Below are positions 13,648 through 25,230 of a stretch of 64,000 bases of DNA, in pieces. The notes below the pieces were generated by a model. The model had not been told where the DNA came from and made no database searches. It saw only the letters and a list, made by a program, of their open reading frames with translations. Source of the stretch: Octopus bimaculoides (Eukaryota); NCBI RefSeq assembly GCF_001194135.2, contig NC_068986.1, positions 40,183,998 through 40,247,997 on the forward strand, read 5' to 3'. Positions within the stretch are counted from its first letter, which is position 1; every line of letters starts with the position of its first letter. A program made the translations under genes and the position numbers.

Positions 13648-13949
13648 CTTGAATTAGCAAAACAGCAGGATGAACACAAATTGCATACATATATGCATGC
13701 TATATAAATTTTACTGTAATTTGAGCTGCTGCTAGTTTATCTTAAATTGAAATTATATATAATAAATAAACAAACACTTCGTTATATAAACAATGTTAAG
13801 TGTTATACATAAATAAACAAATAATTGTAGTTCTGAGCAGAACATGTAATTCTTCTTTGCCTCAGTTCTTCAAGCTATTCAAGTATGTGTCATATCACTA
13901 CAGAATGTCACCTGTGATAAACCATTGTTCTATTCACAGAAAACTTTAC

Positions 13950-13974
13950 CTTGCATCTGCTAATCACTACAAAG
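13950..13974 (-). other. Candidate 25-nt micro-exon (UTR or FVVISRCK)
   Basis: Acceptor TTCCTATTTCACCCCAG and donor AAG|GTAAAG. Confidence 0.3.
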
Positions 13975-15478
13975 CTGGGGTGAAATAGGAACATTTTCAA
14001 AAATCCTTAATGGTTTAGAAAAATTTCAGAGTTTAATTTTTTTTTTTTTAACTATTTTTTAAAAAACATATTTACATATTTCAATTAATTTTGAAAATAA
14101 TGTGATTTATTAAAATGACTTCGTTGTCATTAAGCTGGTGTTTGGAATATAAATCAACAGGAAAGTTATGATGGAAAGCTTTAATTTAAATCACTTTAAA
14201 CCAGAATTTGTATCACAAAAACAAGAGCAGTTTCAGATAGATTGCTTTCAAAAGGGTTTATCAGTAAATGTCTTGTTAAAAACGGTAAACTCTTTGATTT
14301 CAGCAAGAGATTTTTGGTGTGAATACCATCGGCAAGTCCATCATTAACTTTCTCTGTTGTCATAATTGTTTGTTTAGTTTCTGACCAAAAGGATTCCAGT
14401 TGTGTTCATCTTGTCTTTTTGTACATTAAAAACTACATTGTCCAATGTATACTTCCTTTTCTAGACTGTGGGATGTGATTTGAAGGACATTTAGTTGCTG
14501 TATTTAGCAAGTTGAGTAATTACTCAGAGGACCCCTTATTGGCTTTTAGTGTTGCTGTCTGTTTGGAAAAGACAGTGTTCACCTAACTACCTTACAGAGA
14601 GGAACTGGTAGAATCATCATAGTCAAAATGCTTTGTTGTATTTGTTCTGGCTCTTAATATTCTGAGTTCAAATCCTGCTGTGGTCAACTTTGCTTTTCAT
14701 TCCTCCAGAGTCGATAAAATAAAGTACCAGTCAAGTATTGAGGGCAATAGTATCAGCTTCTTCCTCTCCTCAAAACTATTGGTCTTGTGTCTAAATCAGA
14801 AATCATTATTTAGCTTTGCCTCTCTACATTCTTACTTCAAGCCCTGCTGGCGCCACCTTTATCTTTCACCTTCTCATACACTCTAACCTCTCACCCCCTA
14901 GCATAGAATGGACCCCACCTTCCTCAGGGTTTGTAGTCTTGTGAGCTGCATAAGTGACTTTCAATGGTACTGGTGGCACAAGAAAAGCACCCAGTTTATG
15001 GTGTAAAGTGGTTGGCATTAGGAAGGGCATCCAACTATAGAAATCATGCCAAAGCAGACAGTGGCGTACGATGCAGTCCTTGGACCCGCTGGTCCAAACC
15101 AGCTAACTCATGCCATGATGATGATAATGATGAATGCTTGGCTAAACTCATTTAAACTTTATCAAGCCACTGTACTACGTAAGTGAGATTCTTCTGCATG
15201 TTTATTTAGTTTGCAGAATGCTTCCTCGAAGTATTCCACCGCTCCCTTCATCCATATTGTTAACCGATATCTAACGTCACTTATTTGACAAGGACTATTA
15301 CTATGTTGAAGAGTTGGGAGTGCTGTAGATTAAAGCGGTAAATCACTCGTCATTCCGAGTTTATGAATCGTTATATTCGTTGTTTAGCTCCAGGTTGTCA
15401 GCTTTGATTCAGCAGGCTTATAGCCAAAAGCATTCCAGCTCTAATCATTGTATCATTTTTAATATCTATTCTATCTCT

Positions 15479-15670
15479 AGGGCGGCCAGCTGGCAGAATC
15501 GTTAGCACGCCGGGCAAAATGCTTTACGGCATTTCGTCCGTCTTTACGATCTGAGTTCAAATACTGCCGAAGTCAACTTAGCCTTTCATCCTTTCGGAGT
15601 GGATAAAATAAGTATCAGTTAAGAACTAAAGGCTCCTGAAATTGCTGACCTTGTGCAAAATGTGAAACCA
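15479..15670 (+). mobile_element. SINE family B with CpGs retained
   Basis: GGCGGCCAGCTGGCAGAATCGTTAGCACGCCGGGCAAAATGC... Confidence 0.85.
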
Positions 15671-15918
15671 ATATCTATGTTATCCAATGAGGATATAATT
15701 TGAGAGAATTTCGTTGACATTTCTTGCAATTAAGACTGCGTTGGCTCATCTGTGAATCCGTTTTGAATTTTTATTTACGCCAAATGTTTTTCTTTATTAC
15801 TGTGTCAATGCCTTTGAGAACGACAGGAAACTTCTACATCTTATAGAAACAACCTCGCTATAAAAATCGGCAGTTTTGCGCCTACGTAAGAAATATAATT
15901 GGTTTATAAATATGATGT

Positions 15919-16467
15919 ATGTATTTGATATGCGTGTATGTAGCTACTAGTACATGTAGTTATGTTTTCCACAAACCTAAAAATCACTTTCATAAGCAGG
16001 AGATACGCTCACTAAGTTCACTCTTAATGAACGTTTCCCAGCTTTTTTTGCACACTAGTGAAGTAGCATTTATGTGGTCGCTCGATTTGCTAAAAATAGC
16101 AGTCGACAATGTAGCCAGGACCATTGGGCAAATCAGTGCATTGGTGTCACTTCATACACAACCACTGTATGCATCGATTAGCATTGAGCCCCAAGATCTG
16201 TGGGGACCCAGACAGTTGTCGAGAATGTCCATGCTTTCATGTCTTAAACCGGCATCGAACGTAGTCCTTGATATACGCAAAAAGATAACTTGGTTACAAG
16301 CTGGAACATTTTTGATCTTAGGTTTGCTCGATGGGAGTTGCCGTGTGGTTCAAATAAATAAATATATATATAATGATAAAGGAAAACAAAATTATTTAAC
16401 TGATTTTTATGGTCAAATAAAGATCTCAGTTAACTTCAGCAAAGTTAGTGAAGTTCCGCACCTGTGA
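15919..16467 (+). CDS. 182-aa ORF in unique sequence; function unknown, may be non-coding or an antisense shadow
   Basis: Longest ORF not spanning a gap, SINE or microsatellite. ITWLQAGTFLILGLLDGSCRVVQ loosely resembles a WD40 blade end. No clean splice boundaries. Confidence 0.25.
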   Translation: MYLICVYVATSTCSYVFHKPKNHFHKQEIRSLSSLLMNVSQLFLHTSEVAFMWSLDLLKIAVDNVARTIGQISALVSLHTQPLYASISIEPQDLWGPRQLSRMSMLSCLKPASNVVLDIRKKITWLQAGTFLILGLLDGSCRVVQINKYIYNDKGKQNYLTDFYGQIKISVNFSKVSEVPHL

Positions 16468-16682
16468 GAGGATATTGTCCAAACCCTTATACCACTCGTA
16501 TGTCATTCGACTCTGTCCGTTTGGTCTGTTTGGGTGAGAAAGAGAGATATCAGAGAGTTTTGAAACTTGGGCTTCAATAAAGGAGAAATGTAAAAGGTAT
16601 TGTGAAACAGACAATGTTCCGAGTTCATGTAAGATAACTTCAGTGAGTTTCAATTGCTGCGAAGAGAGTAGCATCTAATGTG

Positions 16683-16890
16683 TTAACTCTTTTGATACCA
16701 AACCGCCAAAAACTGCTCATGGTTTTATAATGCAAACTTTCTATTTTAAAGTGAACTGAAAACCTTCCATAAAAATTTCATATTATTTTGTTCCAAACTC
16801 CAGTTTGACAATGATGAAGTTATTTTACGAAATTCTTCATTATTTACCTAAATTAATTAAAACAAAGGCAGTGTATTTTAACAGGAATTC
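16683..16890. mobile_element. TTAA-flanked MITE fragment; related copies at ~5768-5985 and ~14060-14250
   Basis: TTAACTCTTTTGATACCAA start and internal similarity among copies. Confidence 0.6.
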
Positions 16891-16998
16891 GGGGCCTTCT
16901 TCTGAGATAGATAGACAGGTAGATAGATAGATAGTGTGCTTGTGCGAGAGGGAGAGAGAGAGAGAGGGGGGGGGAGATAGATAGAGAGTGAGAAGGAG

Positions 16999-17031
<33 letters not shown>

Positions 17032-17090
17032 CTGTGTAAGTTCTGTATAAGAGCTTATGACTTATCTTCATCTAATATAAACTCTCTTTA

Positions 17091-17301
17091 AGGCGGCGAA
17101 CTGGCAGAAACGTTAGCACGCCGGGCGAAATGCTTAGCGGTATTCGTCTGTCTTTACGTTCAGAGTTCAAATTCTGCCGAGGTCGACTTTGCCTTTCATC
17201 CTTCGGGGTCGATAAAATAAGTACCAGCTGCGTACTGAAGTTGATTTAATCGACTGGTCCCCTTCCCAAAAATTTTGGGCCTTGTGCCTAGAGTAGAAAA
17301 G
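17091..17301 (+). mobile_element. Intact full-length SINE family B with perfect 17-bp TSD
   Basis: TSD AATATAAACTCTCTTTA at 17074-17090 and 17302-17318; B-box-like GAGTTCAAATTC. Confidence 0.95.
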
Positions 17302-17911
17302 AATATAAACTCTCTTTAATATCACTGTGTTCTCTGACTCCGTATTTTATCCAATATTATTCTGAATTTGAAACCTCGCTAACGTTGCGGTTGATTTAAT
17401 TAAAGAAAAAAAAAACATTTGATTTTGATTCTACTGAGAATATTTTCTATAGATGAAGAATATAATCGCACATAGACAAACCAGTATGAGCCATCCCAAC
17501 CTGGGGTGTTAGCACCTTTATAGGGAACAGGAAATCCGAATTAAAACTTCCTTTGCCTTTGAACAACCACTATAAAAGATTCAAAGTAAGATAGTGACCG
17601 ATTCGACTTGTCATCAAAAGGGTGCTGGCTTGACAAAAGGTTGGGAAATACTGCTCTACGTAGTCTCTAGCTTGACCTGCTAGAAATAGCAGCCAAATCT
17701 TTCCCAAATCAACCACCGCCCCACTGTCTTAAAATAAGGGAAGGTCATGTCAGATAATGTAGTCTTAGGTTGTTCTAAAATGAGAGTAGGATCACGCTTG
17801 GAATGCTTTTGATCATCAGTGTACACAGTCACGGTTGATTTGGGGCTAAAGTTACAATAACAAAGTACATACGTCTATACATACTCGCTCATACATGTAC
17901 GTACACACGAC

Positions 17912-17961
<50 letters not shown>

Positions 17962-18289
17962 CTGCTATAAGATGATATAAAATTGTATTTTAAAACGCAT
18001 GCAGTTTTTTTGTAAATGTATATATTACACAGCTATGTCATTTTCGTTAAAATTTTTTTAATGAAACATTTAACTACGATACGTTTGTACCATGCGTGTG
18101 AATCTGAGGCATTGTTTATATAGATAGGAAAATACCTGATCATAGACACACACGCACAGACACAGACTTGCATATAGATTTATATATATATATATATATC
18201 TCCATCCAAATATATATATATAAATATTTCATTATATATGTATATATATAGAAAGAGATAGACTGATAAAAATTATACTATATATACAC

Positions 18290-18567
18290 ACACAATTCGC
18301 TGGACTTATATACTATCCACCACTTCACCGGCTCGGTGTTCTTTCAACATACACAGTATTAGGCCCGCCTTCTTGCCGTCACTCAATGTCATAGCCTTGC
18401 TCACTTCTTCCTTATTTATACCCCCCCACCTCACAACTCCGCCCACCGTTCTATGTAGTTTCGCGCACCGCTCTCATCTCCATTCACGTTAACTACAACA
18501 CAGTAGTAAACATTCGGATTTAGCTGCATTTCCTGGAGTCCAGATGAAGCTTGGGAACAAGTGAGGC
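18290..18567. promoter_or_regulatory. CpG/GC-rich promoter-like region, possibly bidirectional
   Basis: GC box CCGCCC 18439-18444, E2F-like TTTCGCGC 18459-18466, TATAAATA on the minus strand at 18413-18420, short uORF 18544-18564. Confidence 0.5.
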
Positions 18568-18613
18568 ATGAAAGCTATCATAACTTTTATTATAGTGTTT
18601 GGGTATTTTCACG
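18568..18613 (+). CDS. Candidate first coding exon encoding a signal-peptide-like N-terminus MKAIITFIIVFGYFH (phase 1)
   Basis: ATG, basic residue then hydrophobic core, perfect donor G|GTAAGT at 18614, directly downstream of a promoter-like island. Confidence 0.55.
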
Positions 18614-21369
18614 GTAAGTCTAATTTCGTGTATCTATTTGAGTATGTGTTATAGGCTTTGGCTCGCATATATGTATGTATGGATAATATATACTACATAT
18701 AGCATGCTTTCACCTCCTCATCCTCTCCTTCCTTGTGGTGTGGTGTGTATATACATATATATATATATATACATATATGTTTTCTCCCGCTTTATCTCTT
18801 GTTTATCTTGTAAATTTGTCTTCCCTACCTCTCTTTTCACTCTCCGTCCTATTTTGGGTCTTCGTCTGTCCCTGTTTTATTATTATTATATATATTTATC
18901 GTGATTTAAACACTATAAAAGAAAAGACAGCAACACAAACAATTTGATAATAAAAGTCCATCGTTGATCTTACAGGATCGCAGCCCTTTATTTTCTCTCT
19001 GCCTTTTTACTTCCTGAAAAAATAAATAAATGATAAATAAAAGAGGGGAAAATATTCAACAACGATATGGAATTGGTTTTTTTTTTTTTTTTTTTTTTGA
19101 TGACCAGTCTCACATTCCTAACGGTAAACGTTAAAATTAGAAGCAGAGGACAGAAGATAACGGATAGAGAGACAAGTTTTATTTCTCAAAATAGAATTTT
19201 TCAATTGAGTAGGACAGTTCCCAATTAGAAACCTGACATAGTTTTACAAAAATACAATCCATTTAACATTATTGCCAATTAGACTGTTAAGTAGCAGAAA
19301 ATAATTAAGTAAACAAACATTCAATGAATACGAGAAAAAAAAGTGCATTCATTCGTTTAAAAGATTATCAAGTGCAAAGAAACTAAATTTTCAATTGTTA
19401 TTATAAATCTATTTGTCGAGCATTCATTTATCTACAAAGTTTTAACTCTTTAGTTTTTAAAAAAATGAAATCGTGTTAAAAATTCTAGTGAATTTATCGT
19501 TTATTTGCAGAAAATATATTTTTGCAATCGTTCACGAAATTGCATAATTCGTTCGACTGAGTATTTATTTATTCTTTATACGCTTCATCTAGCATTGCGA
19601 ACAGTAGAACTAACAGAGAGCTTAAGAAAAAAACCAGGCCGAGTTGCTTTAGTGGACCAGCTGTTAAATATATAACCACAGAATGTCTGGTGTTCTTTAA
19701 TCTATATCTCTGAAGGCGACACGAATCCCTTTCTCTATCAACGTCATGGCGATTTCTTGTGATATCTCCCCTTGTTTGTCTCAGTTTACACGATAGTAAC
19801 TAGAAATGACCGTTAACTCCGGACTGTTTGGAGATGTAGCTAGATTAAATTACCACTTACACCTTTTTAACTCCCGTCCCTCTCTTGTTTTCAGCCTTTA
19901 TCTTTCTCTTCATGACGAGGGAAAAAAATGTTATCGAAATCTTTCCTCTCTCTCTGTTTTTTTTTCAAACTCCTTTTTCTATTTACTACCCTTTATTATA
20001 TTAAGAACCGACGGCGAAGCTTACAGAACAAGTGGTCAAGCAGCGACCTTAAGAGGTGGCTGTCGGTCAGAGTTCAATCTTAGTTCACGTGTAGTGGCCG
20101 CAACCTTAAAAAGTACTTGTTGAATTTCTAAAATGGAAATCCCAATCCCATCATAAAAAAAAAAAAATCGTTTTCAATAAATTTTCAGCAAAGTTTTTAT
20201 ACACCTGTAATAAGTTTAAAAAGCCACTAACTTGCTGGCACATGTAAATATTATGTGTGTAGTGAAGAGTATCGGAAAATCTGTGTTTATGTATGTCTTA
20301 AAAGATCTGTGTGTGAAAGAAATATATATACTAACCTCCGTGTTAATTGGTGTATATAGATTGCTAGAAACGATTTATCAGAATTCTTGCTATACCTTTA
20401 GATGACAGGTCACTGATAGAGAATGACGCTTGTGTCTATGTGACAGTGTGACAGTACTGTCAAAAATGGTTACATCTGTTCGATATACTCGTGACAGAAT
20501 CGGTTTTTATGGTCTAATCTTTCACGAAGATAGCATTTTTTTCACGGTATTTAGTGAAATGTAATCGAACATCACACACTTTTTCTTAAATTCATAAATA
20601 GATATAACTGATGCAAAAGCATTACAAAAAAATGCAACGAAAACACCCAAACCCCGATATTCTTGCAAAAGAAAAAGTAATTGACTAGAAAAAATACAAG
20701 AGTGTATTAAAATACCTTTTTTATGCGTATATTGTATTTGTATGTGAATATAGTATTTGTGAGCGTATATAGTATTGATGTGCGTTGTATGGTTTTATAT
20801 GATTGCAATGTGACTGTACATGTGGTGTTTGCATAATTGCCTTACGATTTTAGTATATATATCGTTGTGGTGATTGTCTCAATGCATTGTCACTGTTAGT
20901 ATAATTTAGTGTATGTTTATATAGAAAATGTACACACATATTACCCATTCTAACGTGCACTCGACGCACGCACATACACATACATACACACATATAATCT
21001 GCTGATGTAGTGTGACTGCATGTGATGCTGTATGTATTATGAGAATTTTGTATCTGAAGACATGTATTGAAACCTTATGTTGTGTTTAAGCTCGTGTACG
21101 TGTTCCTATCATGTATCATAAACAAACACACAAGCATTCGCTATTCTCAACTATGAATCTATATAGAAAGAGGTTTTCTTTGTCTTTTAAAGCAATTTTT
21201 ATCTTTTCATTATATATATGTATATATATTGCCAAAGGCCTTTAATTTCCTCCCCCTCATGCCGACAAAAGGTTATTTACCTCTAATTAATTGATGAAAT
21301 TATCTCAAGACATTCACAGCTATAAAAAACAATAAAACATACACCAACGTTTTCACATTTTTTCTATAA

Positions 21370-21448
21370 TTATTTTTGTTCCCTATGAATGGAATCCGCA
21401 GCATTAAGCTGTGGCATCACATCAAAATCTTCTTTTGACATTGCCCAC
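21370..21448 (-). CDS. Candidate terminal exon (R)WAMSKEDFDVMPQLNAADSIHREQK*
   Basis: Acceptor TTTCTTTTACAAAG; phase compatible with candidate exon 21837-21888; no recognised homology. Confidence 0.3.
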
Positions 21449-21836
21449 CTTTGTAAAAGAAATTTTATTAAAGATATCCCTTCCGTCAGGGAATAGTGAA
21501 TGATAAGAGGACATTGGCATTTGAAATAATGATCTTGTGTCTGTGTGTGTCATAGATACAAAAGAGGATAACATTTAATGTCAAAGTAATGAAGTCTTTT
21601 CATTTTGGGTTACGAAAAGAAAATAATGAAAATGAAAAGATAATTCTATATAGTTTGTTGAAAGTAATAAAATCCAAGACTGATAAGAGTTTTCAGAAGA
21701 TACCTAATAATATTTGAAAGTCGTGTTCGGTTATGATTGATTTCCTATAAAAGTTAATTTTAGTTGCCAAAACGATCAAGGAAAACCGAAGGATAAAGGT
21801 TTACCTTTGCATCTTTCACTACTGCTGTCATCATAC

Positions 21837-21888
21837 CTCAAATATTTATCATTTGATAAAGTTGGTCCTTGATTTGGTTGACATAACC
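21837..21888 (-). CDS. Candidate penultimate exon LCQPNQGPTLSNDKYL(R)
   Basis: Good donor GAG|GTATGA but weak acceptor (GGTAAAAAG). Confidence 0.2.
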
Positions 21889-22458
21889 CTTTTTACCAGA
21901 ATGGACAAACATCTTCAACGTTGTCATCAAATTTGTTCTACCTGTTTTATGTCATTTATCTTAAATATTTGTTCATTCGGGAAATGTTGAGATAATGCAA
22001 TCTAGGCTATTTCTAAAATTTGTAGTACTAATTTCTTGCCTACAAATAATTTTAAAAAGCTAAAGAAAGATATGAATTTCACAACATCCAAGGAACCTAT
22101 CCATCCTAAAATAAATTGGTGTAACATTCTTTAAAATTTTGTTCCTCAAATACCTGGAGTCAAACTTATATTTGATTTCTACAACTCATAATGAGCCAAC
22201 AAAAATATTTCTACAATTAACCCCAGCCTGATCAATACAACAGCTAAATCTCCTTCAGAGAACTCTGTACTGTTTTTAGAGTAGAGATTACACGTTTTAA
22301 GTTTGAAATGATTGAAGAACACACCCTCCACTACTCTTTCACTCCAGTCGTAAAAACAAGTTACTGCAGCATGAAATATCCATCAAAAGCTGACCCAGCT
22401 ACTATGGCACTTTGTATGTGTGTATATTTGTATTTCACCTAGCTACATTACATACAAA

Positions 22459-22497
<39 letters not shown>

Positions 22498-22637
22498 ATT
22501 GAAATATTTTGCATCTGTAACGTTAAGAGTATATATTCTCCATATTTATAATGTATTGAGTTCTTCATTATGTTGAGGTTTTCAACTTTTATTGAAGAAT
22601 TAAACTATATGTACTTGTGTATATATATACATATATA

Positions 22638-22692
<55 letters not shown>

Positions 22693-22962
22693 ATACATAT
22701 ATTTATTTTTATTTTTTACTTGTTTCAGTCATTAGACTGCAACCATGCTGACATAGGTTGGACGGTTTGACTGAAGGCTGCATCAGGCTCCAGTCTGATC
22801 TGGCAAAGTTTCTACAGCTGGATGCCCTTCCTAACGCCAACCACTCCGAGAGTGTAGTGGGTGCTTTTTATGTGCCACTGGCACGAGGGCCAGTCAGGTG
22901 GTACTGGCGTCGGCCACGCTTGAATGGTGCTTTTTACATGCCACCAGCACGGGAGCCAGATG

Positions 22963-23010
<48 letters not shown>

Positions 23011-23109
23011 ATGGGCTTCTTTCAGTTTTCATCTATCAAATCCACCCACAAGGCTTTGGTCAGCCTGAGGCTATGGTGCCACACAATGGGATATATATAT
23101 ATATTTGCA

Positions 23110-23295
23110 AAAAAATAAACAAAAGACGAAGACGGGTGTGTACACAACAAACAGATGTATTAGTTTAACGCTAGGGAAGTGAGAAAGTCTTTTATGTTTT
23201 GAGCCTACACTCTTCGACAGAAAGGAACACAGAAATAAACAGGGAGAGAAAATAGAAAAGGTTTAGTGGCTAGCGATCTATCATGGCGAATGCCG
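23110..23295 (-). mobile_element. Probable Penelope-like element terminal fragment carrying a degenerate minimal hammerhead motif
   Basis: Minus strand reads CTTT CTGTCGA A GAGTGTAGGCTC AAAAC ATA AAAG (23190-23224). Confidence 0.5.
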
Positions 23296-23929
23296 TACAT
23301 ATACATAAAACACTCAGAGCCACTCAACAATAACAGTTCTTATATTTAAATAAACTATGCCAGTCTTCATTGTTCAAGACATTTACCTCACCACAAGACA
23401 TTTAGTCTTGATTTATTTAAAATTACTATACTTGCTTATTTACAACTAACATGACATCTTAATCACTGAACATTTTTCTTACATAACCATTGTATTTATT
23501 TGTTTTAAGTAATCCATAATGCTTTTGGATTGAGAGACAGCCATGCACTGAGAAGTAGGTTTACTTCTCAGTGTTATGCTGGAAATCCTGTATAGGAGGA
23601 TTTTTGACATTACATTGCAAATTTCCCTCTCCAACCTGGGGAACTCAACTTAATCTTTGCTGTTATTTAGGCCCAAGTCAGCCTTGATCCAGTAGGATTA
23701 AAAGCTTTCTGGTATTTTGTGTGTTTGATACTACTACAGTGCCCAATATATCCTTCCCTTTTTTAAAGTGGCAGGGTTTGTGGTGAGGGAATTTTGTTGC
23801 TATTTCTAGCAGGTCAACAATACTGTGTTATGTTAGTTTGCTGAGAGTTAATGAAGCTCTAATCCTTTGGCAACAGTGCACATAAGGATGAGTGAACATG
23901 TAACATACACATACATGAGGTGTATATAG

Positions 23930-24288
23930 CTGAGTTTGAGGACACAGGGTAAAGAACCCCTTCGGTCATGAATGGCTATGGGATTGCAAGTAGAAAGTTC
24001 CCCTCTGATGCACAAGTCTGGACAAGGTTGTTTCTGGAAGACCAGAAGTCGCCCATACATACCAGCCTTCTCTCTCAGTGCCACTGATGTTATCCAAGGG
24101 AAAGGCAAAGGCCGATACAGCTTGGCACCAGTGACGTCACAACTCATTTCTGCAGCTGAGTGAACTGGAGCAACGTGAAATAAAGTATCTTGCTCAAGAA
24201 CACAACACCCAACCTGGTCCGGGAATCGAACAGGCTACCTCATAATTGTGAGCCTTATGCTCTAACCACTGAGCCATGCACCTTCACT
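23930..24288 (-). mobile_element. tRNA-derived SINE with CORE/V-like central domain; a second diverged copy lies at ~31125-31265(+)
   Basis: Minus strand GGCTCAGTGGTTAGAGC (A box) and GTTCGATTCCC (B box), then TTCTTGAGCAAGATACTT...CAGTTCACTCAGCTG. Confidence 0.75.
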
Positions 24289-24398
24289 TGAGGTCATTGA
24301 TCTGTGTTGTACATTGTCTGTTTTCAGAGGACCTGTGAAGAGCATGAATACAATTCCTCCCTCCAGAATAAAACTACTAAATAAAAAAAAAATTGTGA

Positions 24399-24557
24399 GG
24401 AGTGGCTGTGTGGTAAGTAGCTTGCTTACCAACCACATGGTTCCGGGTTCAGTCCCACTGTGTGGCACCTTGGGCAAGTGTCTTCTGCTATAGCCTCGGG
24501 CCGACCAAAGCCTTGTGAGTGGATTTGGTAGAGGGAAACTGAAAGAAGCCCGTCGTA

Positions 24558-24618
<61 letters not shown>

Positions 24619-24828
24619 ATATGTTTGTCTGTCTGTGTTTGTCCCCCCAACATTGCTTGACAACCGATGCTGGTGTGTTTACGTCCCCGTAACTTAGCGG
24701 TTCGGCAAAAGAGACCGATAGAATAAGTACTAGGCTTCCAAAGAATAAGTCCTGGGGTCGATTTGTTCAACTAAAGGCGGTGCCCCAGCATGGCCACAGT
24801 CAAATGACTGAAACAAGTAAAAGAGTAA
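24399..24828 (+). mobile_element. SINE family A, best-preserved full-length copy
   Basis: A box, B box GGTTCAGTCCC, internal (TA)n(TG)n, 3' module ending GACTGAAACAAGTAAAAGAG; CpGs intact. Confidence 0.95.
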
Positions 24829-24834
24829 TTATAT

Positions 24835-25230
24835 AAGTGCAGGCATGGCTATGCATATAGGTGGAGACTTGGCTGTGTGGTTAAGAAGCTCATTTTGGAA
24901 CCATATAGGTTCAGGTTCAGTCCCACTGCATGGTACCTTTAGTAAGCGTCTTCTATTATAACCCTAAATTGACCAATACCTTGTAAGTGAATTTAGTTGA
25001 TGGAGACTGTGGAAGCCTGTCATATATGTTTGTGTATGTGTGTCTCACCACCAACTGGTGTTGGTTTGTTTACATTCCTGTAACTTAGCAGTATGGCAAA
25101 AAAAAAAAAGCCTGATAAAATAAGTACCAGAATTAAAAATAAGGACTCAGGTTTGATTTGTTTGACTAAACCCTTCAAGGCAGTGCCCCAGCATGGCCGC
25201 AGTCCAGTGACTGGAACAAGTAAAAAGCAA
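24835..25230 (+). mobile_element. SINE family A, older tandem copy
   Basis: Diverged match directly following the previous copy. Confidence 0.8.

Noticed and set aside
22292-22410. Open phase 1-1 'exon' ITRFKFEMIEEHTLHYSF...ATMAL
   Set aside because: Its acceptor lies within a family D repeat remnant and its donor within (TG)n.
24399-24470. tRNA-like A/B boxes
   Set aside because: SINE heads without a full cloverleaf; no genuine tRNA gene was found.
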